Positions 7,824 to 17,942 are shown, counted from the first letter of the stretch. The stretch: DNA of 64,000 bases from Chlamydiota bacterium (GCA_016866495.1 VGMG01000001.1:2550-66549), one strand, 5' to 3'. Notes: generated by a model not told the origin, from the letters alone. Numbers and translations: made by a program.

Positions 7824-9646
7824 TTCTTTAGGATTTGTATCTTAGATTTTCCTGAAATTTTCATCATCAAAAATTGTTGAGCCACTCCTAAGAAATTTGA
7901 GAAAGCAAAATAAATGTTGAGACCTGCAGCCAAATTGTAGAAAATTAGCGATAGGATGATAGGCGCAATAGTTTGCATGGTCGCTGCCTGTCTTTGACTC
8001 TCCTCGGTAGCTGCAGTCATTTTAGGTGCTGTCATTTTACTTTGAATAAACATAATCAGACCGACCAAGATTGGCAACAGGTGAAACTCATTACCAATAA
8101 AAGGGAGTGGATATCCCCAGCTAAAAAGAATGTCAGGCGCGGCTAAATTGGGAATCCAAGCCGGAATTAAAAAGGAGACACCCCTTAGTTCAAAATTCGT
8201 TTTGAGCAAATCAAAAATACCAATCAAAAAGGGGATTTGTACCAGGTGAGGTAAACATCCCGATAAAGGATTGATCTTTTTTTCTGAGTAGAGTCTCATG
8301 ATCTCTGCACGATATTTGGCAGGATCTTTTTTGTAGCGTGCCTCCAAAGCTTTGATTTCTGGCTGAATTTGCGCCTGAGCTTGCATCGCTTTGGTTGAGT
8401 AGTTATTCAACGGAAAAGTTATTAATCTCAAGACTAATGTGAATGCTAAAATCGAAACACCCCAAGAATTTGTGAACATGTAGCAGATTTTCATGATGAA
8501 AAACATAAAACGGACAAACGGAGCCGATATAAAGCTAAACCAACCCTGTACGGCTTGTGCTTGTTCAAATTGGGGATTTTGCGCATAGTTCTCTGAGGCC
8601 TTTGAGAGCATTTTTTCTTCATAAGGGCCAGCATAAAAACGGAAGGTGAAGGTCCCATTTTGGGGTATTATCTGCTTAGAAACTTGATAGGCAGGATAGG
8701 ATTTTACAGGATAAAGATCGTATTTTTGATCGATTAAATGTAATCGAGTCGGGCAGTTTTCCCCTTCAATTTTTCGAGCCACAAAACCTGTTTGCGATGG
8801 TTTAAAATCGGGACTTAAAATTGTTCCAAAAAATCCGTTCGAACTGGAAATCCATAAAGGATTTTGTGCAGGGTAAAAGCCTAAATCTTTTGAGGGAAGA
8901 GCCGTTTTCTCTAGGTAGGTTTTATCTCCTCTTACTTGCAAAGTCTGGATCATAGGGTCGTAGGCGCCAGAGATGAGCTCAACCTCGCTAATTCCATTAG
9001 ATAGAAAAAGCGGGAGGTTTTGGGCATTTCCAAAACTGATCGACATTTTAAATCCGTAAGGAGAGACTAACTCGTAACTTTTGACGATTTTTTGGCCATT
9101 GACGGTTCCGCTAAATTCTATTGAATCGGCCGTGAGCTTGGTCATTTGAAAAGTCCCCCCCTCATATTCCCCTTCTTCGTTTAGAAGCTGTCCCATGTAA
9201 AATTTAGGAGAAATAAGATAGCTATAGCCTCCGTTTTTCCCTTTTGTGGCACGCCTTAAAAGTGGAGTATAACCCCCTTGCTTTGGAAGATAAGGCTCGA
9301 TAGTGTCTGACTTTTTGTCAAAAAAGGTTGCTGCCATTAATGGGTATTGTGCATTTTGTGGAGACTCTTTTTCTATTTCTCGATCAAATTCTATGGGGCG
9401 GACAATGCTTATATTGTCTTTATTTGAAATGAAGGGAAGATTGATTTCGTTGATTGCTCCTCCAAGATTTGAAAAAACAATTTGCTGTGTATCATTTTCG
9501 AGAACATAAAATCTTTCGCTGGGATTTACCTTTAGGGGAGCAATTTCCACCGTTTGCGGGGGAGCAACGGGGGGTAAAATCCAAACATTAACGAAGAAAA
9601 GAACGATCGAAAGAACCAATATAAAAACAAATGATCGTTTATCCAT
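7820..9646 (-). CDS. yidC: Membrane protein insertase YidC
   Basis: An N-terminal TM helix, a large periplasmic P1-like domain, and a C-terminal polytopic core containing GCLPHLVQIPFLIGIF and NLAAGLNIYFAFSN, which are typical of YidC/Oxa1. Confidence 0.9.
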   Translation of the reverse strand: MDKRSFVFILVLSIVLFFVNVWILPPVAPPQTVEIAPLKVNPSERFYVLENDTQQIVFSNLGGAINEINLPFISNKDNISIVRPIEFDREIEKESPQNAQYPLMAATFFDKKSDTIEPYLPKQGGYTPLLRRATKGKNGGYSYLISPKFYMGQLLNEEGEYEGGTFQMTKLTADSIEFSGTVNGQKIVKSYELVSPYGFKMSISFGNAQNLPLFLSNGISEVELISGAYDPMIQTLQVRGDKTYLEKTALPSKDLGFYPAQNPLWISSSNGFFGTILSPDFKPSQTGFVARKIEGENCPTRLHLIDQKYDLYPVKSYPAYQVSKQIIPQNGTFTFRFYAGPYEEKMLSKASENYAQNPQFEQAQAVQGWFSFISAPFVRFMFFIMKICYMFTNSWGVSILAFTLVLRLITFPLNNYSTKAMQAQAQIQPEIKALEARYKKDPAKYRAEIMRLYSEKKINPLSGCLPHLVQIPFLIGIFDLLKTNFELRGVSFLIPAWIPNLAAPDILFSWGYPLPFIGNEFHLLPILVGLIMFIQSKMTAPKMTAATEESQRQAATMQTIAPIILSLIFYNLAAGLNIYFAFSNFLGVAQQFLMMKISGKSKIQILKK

Positions 9647-9804
9647 GGAGTTTTAACCTTTTTTTTCAAAAATAGTACCAACTTTCGATTAACGTGTACA
9701 TACTGAATGTGCTTGGTAAAAAGGAAAATTGACAAATCTTTTGGGCAATAAAGGTGAGGGAATTCCTCTAAACGAAAAAGAAACCAAAGAAGATCCAAGG
9801 ATAA

Positions 9805-9833
9805 AAAAAGAGGGCTTTTTAAGCCCTCTTTTT
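9805..9833. terminator. Bidirectional rho-independent terminator hairpin
   Basis: AAAAAGAGGGCTT-TTT-AAGCCCTCTTTTT forms a perfect 13-bp stem with A/T runs on both sides. It lies 12 nt downstream of the stop of the TPR gene (minus strand). Confidence 0.6.
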
Positions 9834-9844
9834 AAAGAGAATTT

Positions 9845-11509
9845 TTATGAGTCTATACTATGATTGTTCCACAATGTGAGTAGGTGGTGGAACTCATCAG
9901 TTTTTCTTAGATTTTCAAGCCAGGTGTCTTCCAGAAGCTCTTGCACGGGTGGCAAAGCGCCGATAGCTCGAGCTTTTTTCATCCATTCGAGAGCAAGATT
10001 TTTTTGGTTACGCAACGAGTAAAAACAAGCAATTTGATAGTAGGCTTGATTGTTACCCTGCTTTGCACTGCCCAAAAGCTTCTCTTCTGCCTCTCGCATG
10101 ATTGCATCAGAACGTTCGGTTTCTTGTATACAGTCATTGTAATGGATCAAAGTAAGTGCCCAATCCAGCAAAACAAACTCATGATCGGGATTATTTCGAT
10201 GGGCTAATCGAAAATGGCAAAAAGCACGCATGAAGTGATTGGCATCGCTTGTTATGCAAGCAAGGTGCGAAATAGTCAATCCGATCCGATGGTGCACATC
10301 AGGGATCGAGGGATCAAGAATCAAAACACGATTAAACTGTTCTACAGCGTGTACAAGAAGTGACTCATCATCTTTAGCCTCACCTAATGCATCAAGAAGA
10401 AGTCCGTATTCAAAAATCCACTCGGCAGGGGGGAAGGGTGAGCTTTTTTCTATTGAAAAAGCGGTTTCAAACCAAACTTTAGATTGCTCGAGATGTTCTA
10501 TGGCATGATCCAATTCAAACAATCTTGCATTTGCTATGGCAAGCTGAATAAATGTTTCTGCATCCGGATTATGTTGGATCGATTTTTGGAAAAATTTGAT
10601 AGATAAGCGCAAATGCCTCTCGTCCTCAATAGCTTCAAAGAGGAGAAAAAACGAAATTCCAAGGTAGTGCCAACCTAACGAGAAGCTTCTATCGATAGAG
10701 GTAGAGCGTTGGAAATAATAAATCGCATTTTGGATCTCCTCTAGATCGGAGGAATAGATAGCATAGCAAAGCAGCGCTATCCCTTTAGCATAAAGTTCAA
10801 TAGGAAGGTGCTCTGAAAGAAGCTGACTTTTATAAATCGATTCCGAAATTTTGTCGGCGTCTTCATGAAAAAGAGCAAAAAAAGCGCTAGACACTATACT
10901 TTGAGCCTTGGCTTTTTGATTTTTTGAATCGATGAGAACAATTTTTTCATATTGTTCTTGTGCCAGTTGTAGAAATTTAGGCTCCTTATTTCTTCTGCCA
11001 TACTCTTGATACAGATCGGCTCTGACAAAAAGAAGATCTGTATCCTGGGGATTTTCTTGCAGAAATCGACTGGTTTTTTCTAAAGACAAATGAAAAGTTT
11101 CTTCATCTCTTACTCTGCGATAAAGCTCCAGTAGCGTTTCAGAGATAACATGAGGGTCTTCAGACAACTTAGCGCTAAAAACAGCCTTTTCAAGACTATC
11201 TATTGAGCGGGTCTTTTCATAGATAAGCTGATAGACACCTGTGAGCTTTAGCCAGTCCTCTTTTTTGAGAGGATACTTTTCTTTCAAAAGTTTATCGTAG
11301 AATCTGATCGATGTCAGAGCATCTGTGATCTCTAGAGAGTATAAAGAGGTCAAAGCATAGGCAGATGCGAGTAAAGAGGTATGCGCAAGCTCTTCTTCTT
11401 GTTTAGGTTGGTAATTTTTGAGAACGGATAGGGCTTTTTCGATCAGCTTTCCAGGTTTACCCCTGGAGATAGCATGGAAAAGTTGACCTGTTTTCCTGAA
11501 CGGAGTCAT
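9845..11509 (-). CDS. TPR-repeat protein, function unknown
   Basis: 554-aa all-helical protein with recurring approx 34-aa A/Y/L-rich units (for example AYYQIACFYSLRNQKNLALEWMKKA and AIYYFQRSTSIDRSFSLGWHYLG). Confidence 0.65.
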   Translation of the reverse strand: MTPFRKTGQLFHAISRGKPGKLIEKALSVLKNYQPKQEEELAHTSLLASAYALTSLYSLEITDALTSIRFYDKLLKEKYPLKKEDWLKLTGVYQLIYEKTRSIDSLEKAVFSAKLSEDPHVISETLLELYRRVRDEETFHLSLEKTSRFLQENPQDTDLLFVRADLYQEYGRRNKEPKFLQLAQEQYEKIVLIDSKNQKAKAQSIVSSAFFALFHEDADKISESIYKSQLLSEHLPIELYAKGIALLCYAIYSSDLEEIQNAIYYFQRSTSIDRSFSLGWHYLGISFFLLFEAIEDERHLRLSIKFFQKSIQHNPDAETFIQLAIANARLFELDHAIEHLEQSKVWFETAFSIEKSSPFPPAEWIFEYGLLLDALGEAKDDESLLVHAVEQFNRVLILDPSIPDVHHRIGLTISHLACITSDANHFMRAFCHFRLAHRNNPDHEFVLLDWALTLIHYNDCIQETERSDAIMREAEEKLLGSAKQGNNQAYYQIACFYSLRNQKNLALEWMKKARAIGALPPVQELLEDTWLENLRKTDEFHHLLTLWNNHSIDS

Positions 11510-11770
11510 AGTTCACCTCCGGGGCTTTTGAGCTCAGTATAGGCATGGAGGGGGGTCTTGTCAATTTTGTTTGTGGGATTTTTTTTTCGATTTTTTTTCC
11601 TCGAATAAAAAATAAAATTTTATTATATTTTCCCTTTTTGGTGACCTTTAGGAGGGTTTCAGAAAATAGCTAGACGACCAATATAATCAATTGTTTCGCC
11701 TATTTTTGTAAGGTTTTTTATTTTATTTTGTTGCTGTTTAAGTGCAATTTTTCAATTTTTTGGGTAAATT

Positions 11771-12130
11771 ATGTGGAAAAAATTTTGTTTTGAGGGGGTA
11801 GTTTTTATCCGTGAAACCGATGCAACAGCCAGAGTATTTTGCCCAAGGCCTATAGAATGGGTTATTGAGGCCTTTGAAAGGGTTTGTTTAAAAAAAGGGC
11901 AAAAGGATTCTGATGTTGCAATAGTGAAAGCAGGGGTAGAGTTTTTTTTCCCTCTCACCTGGTTTGATCCCTATAAAATGGAGCTGACTATCCAAAGGGT
12001 TGGTAATCGCTCTTTTGATATAAGAGGGGAGATTTTTAAAGAAGAGAAGCTAGCTATCAAAGTAGACATTACCTTTGTTGTTTCTAAATCGAGTCAGGAT
12101 TTTTTAGATTCGTACTGGGATAAGGGTTAG
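11771..12130 (+). CDS. Hotdog-fold (4HBT/YbgC-type) acyl-CoA thioesterase; candidate DHNA-CoA thioesterase
   Basis: 119 aa. The N-terminal FEGVVFIRETDATARVF matches the 4HBT pattern (hydrophobic-R/Y-x-E/D-T-D) that includes the catalytic Asp. Its stop codon directly abuts the stop of menC/menE in convergent orientation. Confidence 0.5.
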   Translation: MWKKFCFEGVVFIRETDATARVFCPRPIEWVIEAFERVCLKKGQKDSDVAIVKAGVEFFFPLTWFDPYKMELTIQRVGNRSFDIRGEIFKEEKLAIKVDITFVVSKSSQDFLDSYWDKG

Positions 12131-13948
12131 CTACTTAGGGATTTCTTTTGCTTCTATAAGTTTTCTTAGGAAGATGAGTGGGGGTTTGGCAGGGGTTTTG
12201 TCTGGAAGCTTCACCCATTTTTTTGGGATCATGTGCTTTGGGAAAGTTTCTTTAAGAAAGCTTTTCAGAGTTTCGATCTCTTTTTCTTCTAAAGAATCGT
12301 GAGCGATGCAAAGAGCTTCTCCCCAAACAGAATCCTCTACACCAAAGAGAAAAAATGATCCCTTATGGATAAATTTATGTAGTGCCTCTTCTAGGGTATC
12401 GAGGTGAATTTTTTCCCCGCCAGAATTGATTACACGGTCATGCCTGCCCGTTATAGTATAAAGACCATTTTGTATCTCTATAAGATCATTTGTGGAGAAA
12501 AAACCCTCAGAGTCAGCAACTACCGATGAGGATACCCCCTTTTTTTGGATCATAAAGCACCCCCTATGATCCCTCTTTACAACACAATTCCCCACAGGCA
12601 TCCCATCAATGAGACATGTGCCTAGTTCTGTTGAGGAGTAAATTATAATAGGTTTTATATTCCATTTTTCTACTACTTTTAGAAGAGAATCGGAGCATCG
12701 AGCTCCTCCTATCAATAGATTTTGTGCTCTAAACGTATCTTGTAGTTCGACTCTTTTGGATATTTGCGTCGGAACAACACTTTCAAAAGAGGCCTCCACC
12801 TTATCGTCTAAGACTAAAAACCCCTCTCCAAGTAATGGTCTTAAAAAACCCACCAACCCCCCCATGCGGGTTAAATCCAAAGAGGCCTTAAAGGAGGCTC
12901 CTTTAAATGTTGGGAATGTTTTGTATTGCAGATCTATATTGAGAGCCAAATCCTCCCAAGACCAGCATATGGTCTTTGGTACTCCTGTTGTTCCCGAACT
13001 TTTCATGAAGATTTTTGTATCTAAAGGGATGGACTCAAGATTTTGGGGCGTAAAAGAGCACTCAAGGGGAAAATGGATCGGGTTTCCAGCCCTCAGTAGC
13101 CAGAAAAATTTTGCTATGAGCTCAATACGCAGGTCCAATTGGAGTATATCTTCTCTATTTTCCAGCTCCCCTTTTATCAGACAATTTAATTCCCCGTAGG
13201 TGATGTCTTTTGTTTTCGTTTTGATCGCAATCTTTTTAGGATCTGTAGAGGCTAAAGGGCACCTTGAGACTTTTACTTTGTACTTTTCTACGTCAATACC
13301 CAAAGGTTCATCAAAAAGTTTTAGGTGGGTTGCAAGCTTGATAATTGGGGTGGAATCTTCAAGGGTACTACTCAAAACAATCCGTTTTTTCAAAAGTAAA
13401 CAGAGATCGACTATGGGCCGGTAAAAAACTCTGTAGGGTTTTATGACTGCAGCAACAACTTGGCTATAAGCTAATTTTTTTTCCCATCCCGGCTCCAAAA
13501 AACTTTCATCAAGAGCTAAGGGTACGTTGAGATCGAGAACATCTTCTATATTTTGTGTAGGTTCTTCAAAAAAATCGAGCCTGTCTTGAGGGATACACCG
13601 AACCAAAATTTGAACTTGTTCGGGAGTAAGGGTGCGATTTGCATCAATACGAATTTTTGCCTTGATAGAGACGAGTGTTTTTTTTACAAGCTCCATTCCA
13701 TTTTCAAAATCGAGATGAGTAATTTTGATTTTTACTGTTTTAGCATCGTATGCTCTTGGAATATCTAAGGGATCTGCTATGAAAAAAGCTGTGGGAAATG
13801 TTGCCATCTCCTTCAATTGGGCCATCTCTAAGGGGAAAAAAACTTGCGGGTTAAAGGGGAGCTCTATTTTTTCTCCGTTATAATCCAAACAAAGGATGGA
13901 CTTCTCTCCATAAAATGGGGAACTAAGACGGTAATGGTTTATTTCCAT
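12131..13948 (-). CDS. menC/menE: Fusion protein: o-succinylbenzoate synthase (MenC, N-terminal approx 225 aa) plus o-succinylbenzoate-CoA ligase (MenE, C-terminal approx 375 aa)
   Basis: The N-terminal half has enolase-superfamily residues in order: VKIKI (KxK), RIDAN, FFEEP, ALDES, VIKP. The C-terminal half has ANL adenylation motifs: SSGTTGVPK, IYSSTELG and GRHDRVINSGGEKI. The single ORF has no internal stop. Confidence 0.8.
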   Translation of the reverse strand: MEINHYRLSSPFYGEKSILCLDYNGEKIELPFNPQVFFPLEMAQLKEMATFPTAFFIADPLDIPRAYDAKTVKIKITHLDFENGMELVKKTLVSIKAKIRIDANRTLTPEQVQILVRCIPQDRLDFFEEPTQNIEDVLDLNVPLALDESFLEPGWEKKLAYSQVVAAVIKPYRVFYRPIVDLCLLLKKRIVLSSTLEDSTPIIKLATHLKLFDEPLGIDVEKYKVKVSRCPLASTDPKKIAIKTKTKDITYGELNCLIKGELENREDILQLDLRIELIAKFFWLLRAGNPIHFPLECSFTPQNLESIPLDTKIFMKSSGTTGVPKTICWSWEDLALNIDLQYKTFPTFKGASFKASLDLTRMGGLVGFLRPLLGEGFLVLDDKVEASFESVVPTQISKRVELQDTFRAQNLLIGGARCSDSLLKVVEKWNIKPIIIYSSTELGTCLIDGMPVGNCVVKRDHRGCFMIQKKGVSSSVVADSEGFFSTNDLIEIQNGLYTITGRHDRVINSGGEKIHLDTLEEALHKFIHKGSFFLFGVEDSVWGEALCIAHDSLEEKEIETLKSFLKETFPKHMIPKKWVKLPDKTPAKPPLIFLRKLIEAKEIPK

Positions 13949-14766
13949 AGGAAAAATGCGTGCAAAATATACAAAACAGTAAAAAGAAAGAACGCCGCCC
14001 CTATTTTTCCTAAAAGTGCCGGTATATCCTCGTCATTCCATAGCTTTTTAAGGATGTGGGATAACAAAGGTATAAGGCAAATGTTGAGAGGGGAGGGTGT
14101 AATGATAAAAGGGGCTAAAAGGGCCAGGGTGATCTCGATTTTCCCAAATCGCTCTCCATATTTTACCACCAAGGTATTTTTGTTCGTCAATCGATCCTCT
14201 TCAACATCTCTAAGGTTGTTTAAACCAAGTAATGCGACAGAAAAAAAGCCAGGGGAGAGCCCCACTATTAGAGGATAAAAAGAAAATTGTAGCGTTTGTA
14301 AGTAAGTCGTAAAAAAAACAGCTATTGAGCCTAAAAAAAAGAGCACAATAGGTTCACTTAGACCTTTATAAGCATAATTAATGGGACCTTTTGTGTAGAA
14401 AATCCCAAGAAGAACGGCTAAAGCGTACATCCCTACAATAATCCATCCACCCCTATAAACCAAATACAGGCTCAGTAAAAAACCCACAAAAAAGGTGAGG
14501 GCCATCATCCAAAAAAGCGTCGCTTTGCTCACAAGACCCGATTGACCAAGCCGCTTAGGACCTTTTCTTAAATCGGTGTCTTTTCCTTGGATACAGTCGT
14601 AATAATCATTCGCTAAATTGGTCCCCATTTGAATAAACAGGGCACAAAATAGGGTGATTGCAAAAACGAACGGATCAGGTTTTGGAGCAAGCAGGGTCCC
14701 GATGATTACAGGACTGATCGATGCTATCCAAGTTTTGGGACGAGTTCCCTGTATCCAAATGCGCAT
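13939..14766 (-). CDS. menA: 1,4-dihydroxy-2-naphthoate polyprenyltransferase (UbiA family)
   Basis: Polytopic membrane protein with N-terminus [13 protein letters not shown] and the UbiA motif [14 protein letters not shown]. Positioned within the men operon. Confidence 0.85.
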   Translation of the reverse strand: MRIWIQGTRPKTWIASISPVIIGTLLAPKPDPFVFAITLFCALFIQMGTNLANDYYDCIQGKDTDLRKGPKRLGQSGLVSKATLFWMMALTFFVGFLLSLYLVYRGGWIIVGMYALAVLLGIFYTKGPINYAYKGLSEPIVLFFLGSIAVFFTTYLQTLQFSFYPLIVGLSPGFFSVALLGLNNLRDVEEDRLTNKNTLVVKYGERFGKIEITLALLAPFIITPSPLNICLIPLLSHILKKLWNDEDIPALLGKIGAAFFLFTVLYILHAFFLWK

Positions 14767-15556
14767 GGTTTCCTCTAAAACGTTGAAAATTTGGGGGGCG
14801 TTTTTCTAAAAAAGCCTGTTTTCCCTCTTTTGCTTCATCGGTTTTGTAATAAAGCATTGTAGCAAGCCCAGCTAGCTCCTGAATACCCGCTTGCCCGTCG
14901 ATATCAGCATTAAATGAGGCTTTTAAACAGCTCAAGGCGATCGGGGAGTGGGATAAAAGAGTTTGACACCACTCTTGAGTCGTAGCTAAAAGTTGATCGT
15001 AAGGGACAACCTGGTTGACAAGCCCCATAGCAAGAGCCTCTTTGGCTGTGTATTGTTTGCACATAAACCAAATTTCTCTAGCTTTCTTTTGTCCAACAAT
15101 ATGTGCAAGATAACTTGCCCCAAATCCCCCATCAAAAGAGCCTACTTTCGGACCCACTTGGCCAAAAATGGAGTGCTCAGCAGCTATTGTCATGTCACAC
15201 AAGACGTGTAGCACATGCCCCCCACCGATTGCGTATCCAGAAACCATAGCGATTGTAGGCTTGGGGCAGGAGCGTAGCTTTTTTTGAAAAGTTAAAACAT
15301 TTAAACTTTCACGGCCGTGATCATCTCTATAACCCTCGTCTCCGCGAACACTTTGATCTCCCCCTGAACAAAATGCCTCTTTACCTTGACCGCTCATAAC
15401 AATCACACCAATTGCGGGATCGTCTATGGCGTTATCTAGAGCTGAAATCATCTCGATAACGGTTTTTGGCCTAAAGGCATTACGCTTATTAGGTCTATTG
15501 ATAGTAATCCAGGCAATCTGCGCCTCTTTATGATAAAGGATATCTACATAGTTCAT
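14675..15556 (-). CDS. menB: 1,4-dihydroxy-2-naphthoyl-CoA synthase
   Basis: Crotonase fold with MenB signatures: [22 protein letters not shown] and [45 protein letters not shown]. Carries an approx 30-aa C-terminal extension that overlaps menA. Confidence 0.95.
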   Translation of the reverse strand: MNYVDILYHKEAQIAWITINRPNKRNAFRPKTVIEMISALDNAIDDPAIGVIVMSGQGKEAFCSGGDQSVRGDEGYRDDHGRESLNVLTFQKKLRSCPKPTIAMVSGYAIGGGHVLHVLCDMTIAAEHSIFGQVGPKVGSFDGGFGASYLAHIVGQKKAREIWFMCKQYTAKEALAMGLVNQVVPYDQLLATTQEWCQTLLSHSPIALSCLKASFNADIDGQAGIQELAGLATMLYYKTDEAKEGKQAFLEKRPPNFQRFRGNHAHLDTGNSSQNLDSIDQSCNHRDPACSKT

Positions 15557-16281
15557 TCTAATACCTTCTGTAGCAATACTGCTAATTGGGAGGGTTGTTC
15601 TAAGTGCACAAGGTGTCCGCTGTCCTTGAGATTATGTAGGAATATAGGTTCAGGTGAGTCTTTAAAGCAATCCTCCATTTCAATATAGAGCGGGTCCTTT
15701 GCTCCGTAAATCAGGTGTACAGGCTGTTTGAAAGGTTTATCAAACGGTCTTTGTTCTAAAATACTTAAATTCTGAAACTGATTTAAAAGGGTTTTTGAGC
15801 CTATGGCTATTTTTGCTTTCAAAGATTCTTCAGAGGGAAAAAACCCCCCAAATATTGGGAGTGCATACCACCACTTAAAAAATAGATCTGTTGGAAGATG
15901 GGAAAGTTTTTCGGCAACTTTTTGTTCAAAAAGGGCTCTTGAGGCGTGATCAAATTTTTTTGTTTTTACTCTTGAGGATAGACAGATTACCTTTTGGAAA
16001 AGTTCAGGATGACAGCGCGCAAGTTCCAGGGCAATTCTTCCACCCATAGAATATCCTATGATAGGAATAGTTCCTAACGAAAAGGTTTCAAGAAAGTGGA
16101 AGATTTTTTCTGTAACAACATCGATACTCCCCTCCGGTAGAAGTACACAAATGGGACTACACCAGGACTTCATCTTTTCAATTAAAGGATCGAAATCGGA
16201 GTTTGTAGAGCCGAATCCTCCTAAAATAAGAACAGGTTTTCTTATTGATACATGAGCTGGGTTTGTTCCTTTAGATTCCAT
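15553..16281 (-). CDS. menH: SHCHC synthase (alpha/beta hydrolase)
   Basis: Alpha/beta-hydrolase nucleophile elbow GYSMGGRIA and a C-terminal [11 protein letters not shown]. It sits between menD and menB. Confidence 0.75.
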   Translation of the reverse strand: MESKGTNPAHVSIRKPVLILGGFGSTNSDFDPLIEKMKSWCSPICVLLPEGSIDVVTEKIFHFLETFSLGTIPIIGYSMGGRIALELARCHPELFQKVICLSSRVKTKKFDHASRALFEQKVAEKLSHLPTDLFFKWWYALPIFGGFFPSEESLKAKIAIGSKTLLNQFQNLSILEQRPFDKPFKQPVHLIYGAKDPLYIEMEDCFKDSPEPIFLHNLKDSGHLVHLEQPSQLAVLLQKVLE

Positions 16282-17939
16282 TCGATAAGGGTCTTTAATC
16301 TTTGAATATGGTTTAGATCATCTTTTTGTTGGGTTTTGACCTCTAGAAGAATCGGCCTTTTTTTCTCTATCAAACTCTCAATACACACCTCTTCATTTAA
16401 AAAATGGTATTCCAAATGAAACATACTGGCGACTTTTTTGTAATCCAGCTCTTGCGGCATTAAGAAAAGCTCCTCTTTATCCTCAAGCTCTTGCATTCCG
16501 TCTATGTAATTAAAAATCTGACCACCACCGTTATTGAACACAATCAAAACTAGGGGTAGGGGGTTCTTTTTTAAAAAAAATAAAGAGTTCAAATCATGCC
16601 AAAAGGTCATGTCTCCTAATAGGGCCACCGTTGTGCGCTCTTTCTTTAAAGCGATTCCGATTGCTGTAGCTATGTTGCCCTCAATTCCTGAATGGCCTCG
16701 ATTGGCAAAAATATCTCCCCGGAATTCTTCGGGATAAAAAACACGGTCTACATGTCTTATGGGCATACTGTTACCCACAAAAAGATTAAAATAGACAGAG
16801 CTTTTTGAGAGCAGTCGAATAAATGCTATTTCTGATATCAAGGGTTCTTCAAAAAGAGCTTTATCAATCGTATCACGACAGATTACGGAGAGTTCCAAGC
16901 AGTTTTTGATATAGCTTGAGGGAACTCTAGCTGGGGTAAATTGTATAAGATCGTGAATGAACTGACCTGGTTCCATTAATATTCTATGAGTGATGGCATG
17001 CTCAGGGTCGCTTCTTTCTGTATGAGGGCTTACGTAGACAACCTGATCGATACCATTCAGCCAAGGATCGATATTTTTACAAACAAAACGATCACCAAAT
17101 TTTATGGCTATATCGGGTTTGATCTCTTCAAGAATGTTTTCATAATTTTGAAGAACATAACGGGATGAAGCCGTCTTTCTACAATTCGATAGGGGGTCGA
17201 GAATAACTGGCCAGCCTAGGTGTTTAGCAAGCTCGAAAAGGTGCTTGGGTTCCACGTTTAGAGAGTCCCCAACAACTATGACCCCTTTTTCGTAGCAAAG
17301 AATCTTCTTCTGGATCTCAAGAGCCTCTTTATCGCTTAATGTGCGACAAACCGTTTTAAAGATCGTTTTTGGTTTCAAAAAGGGGCGCTCTTTTACCGCA
17401 GCATGAATCAGAGGTGTTCTAAATTGGCAGTTTAAATGAATCGGTCCCCCATTTTCTGCTGTAGCAGTGAAAACGGCGTGGGCTACCATCGATTTTGTAA
17501 AGCTTTCAGGTATTTCTGCTGAAGGCGGAGGAAACTGGAAATGGAAGCGTACAAATGGATCATAAAAATCATATTGTTCTATTGTCTGGTTCGCCATGGC
17601 TTGATGGAGCTCAGGGGGTCGATCGGCAGTCAACAAAATTAAAGGGATACGCGTCTTATAGGCCTCAATTACGGCTGGTAAAAGATGGGCAAGAGCGCTT
17701 CCGGAGGTAACGATAAGAGCTACGGGCTCTTTGAACACCTTACAAAGACCCAAAGCCAGATATCCCAAACCCCTTTCATCAAAATGGGTGTGCACTATTG
17801 CTAAAGGGTTTCTTTTCGCTGCGAGTGTTAATGCAGAGGATCTAGAGCCGGGAGCTATGCAAAAATGACGCACATTTTGCGCAACTAATTCTTCGATAAG
17901 GTTTTCCGAAAAAAGGGTGTTCCAGTACGCGGTATTCAT
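16242..17939 (-). CDS. menD: SEPHCHC synthase (ThDP-dependent)
   Basis: PGSRSSALTLAA at the N-terminus and the ThDP-binding region GDMTFWHDLNSL...NNGGGQIF. Length is 565 aa. Operon context supports the call. Confidence 0.9.
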   Translation of the reverse strand: MNTAYWNTLFSENLIEELVAQNVRHFCIAPGSRSSALTLAAKRNPLAIVHTHFDERGLGYLALGLCKVFKEPVALIVTSGSALAHLLPAVIEAYKTRIPLILLTADRPPELHQAMANQTIEQYDFYDPFVRFHFQFPPPSAEIPESFTKSMVAHAVFTATAENGGPIHLNCQFRTPLIHAAVKERPFLKPKTIFKTVCRTLSDKEALEIQKKILCYEKGVIVVGDSLNVEPKHLFELAKHLGWPVILDPLSNCRKTASSRYVLQNYENILEEIKPDIAIKFGDRFVCKNIDPWLNGIDQVVYVSPHTERSDPEHAITHRILMEPGQFIHDLIQFTPARVPSSYIKNCLELSVICRDTIDKALFEEPLISEIAFIRLLSKSSVYFNLFVGNSMPIRHVDRVFYPEEFRGDIFANRGHSGIEGNIATAIGIALKKERTTVALLGDMTFWHDLNSLFFLKKNPLPLVLIVFNNGGGQIFNYIDGMQELEDKEELFLMPQELDYKKVASMFHLEYHFLNEEVCIESLIEKKRPILLEVKTQQKDDLNHIQRLKTLIEWNLKEQTQLMYQ

Positions 17940-17942
17940 ATT

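Noticed and set aside
9532-9798. 88-aa minus-strand ORF upstream of yidC
   Set aside because: It overlaps the yidC 5' end and promoter region. It has an F/L/K-rich low-complexity translation and lies directly after a terminator.
12756-14278. Four plus-strand ORFs (12756..13199, 13200..13424, 13553..13768, 13844..14278) running antisense to menC/menE and menA
   Set aside because: The opposite strand carries strongly motif-supported genes. The antisense translations are low-complexity (S/K/F-rich) with no motifs, as is typical of shadow ORFs in A+T-rich DNA.
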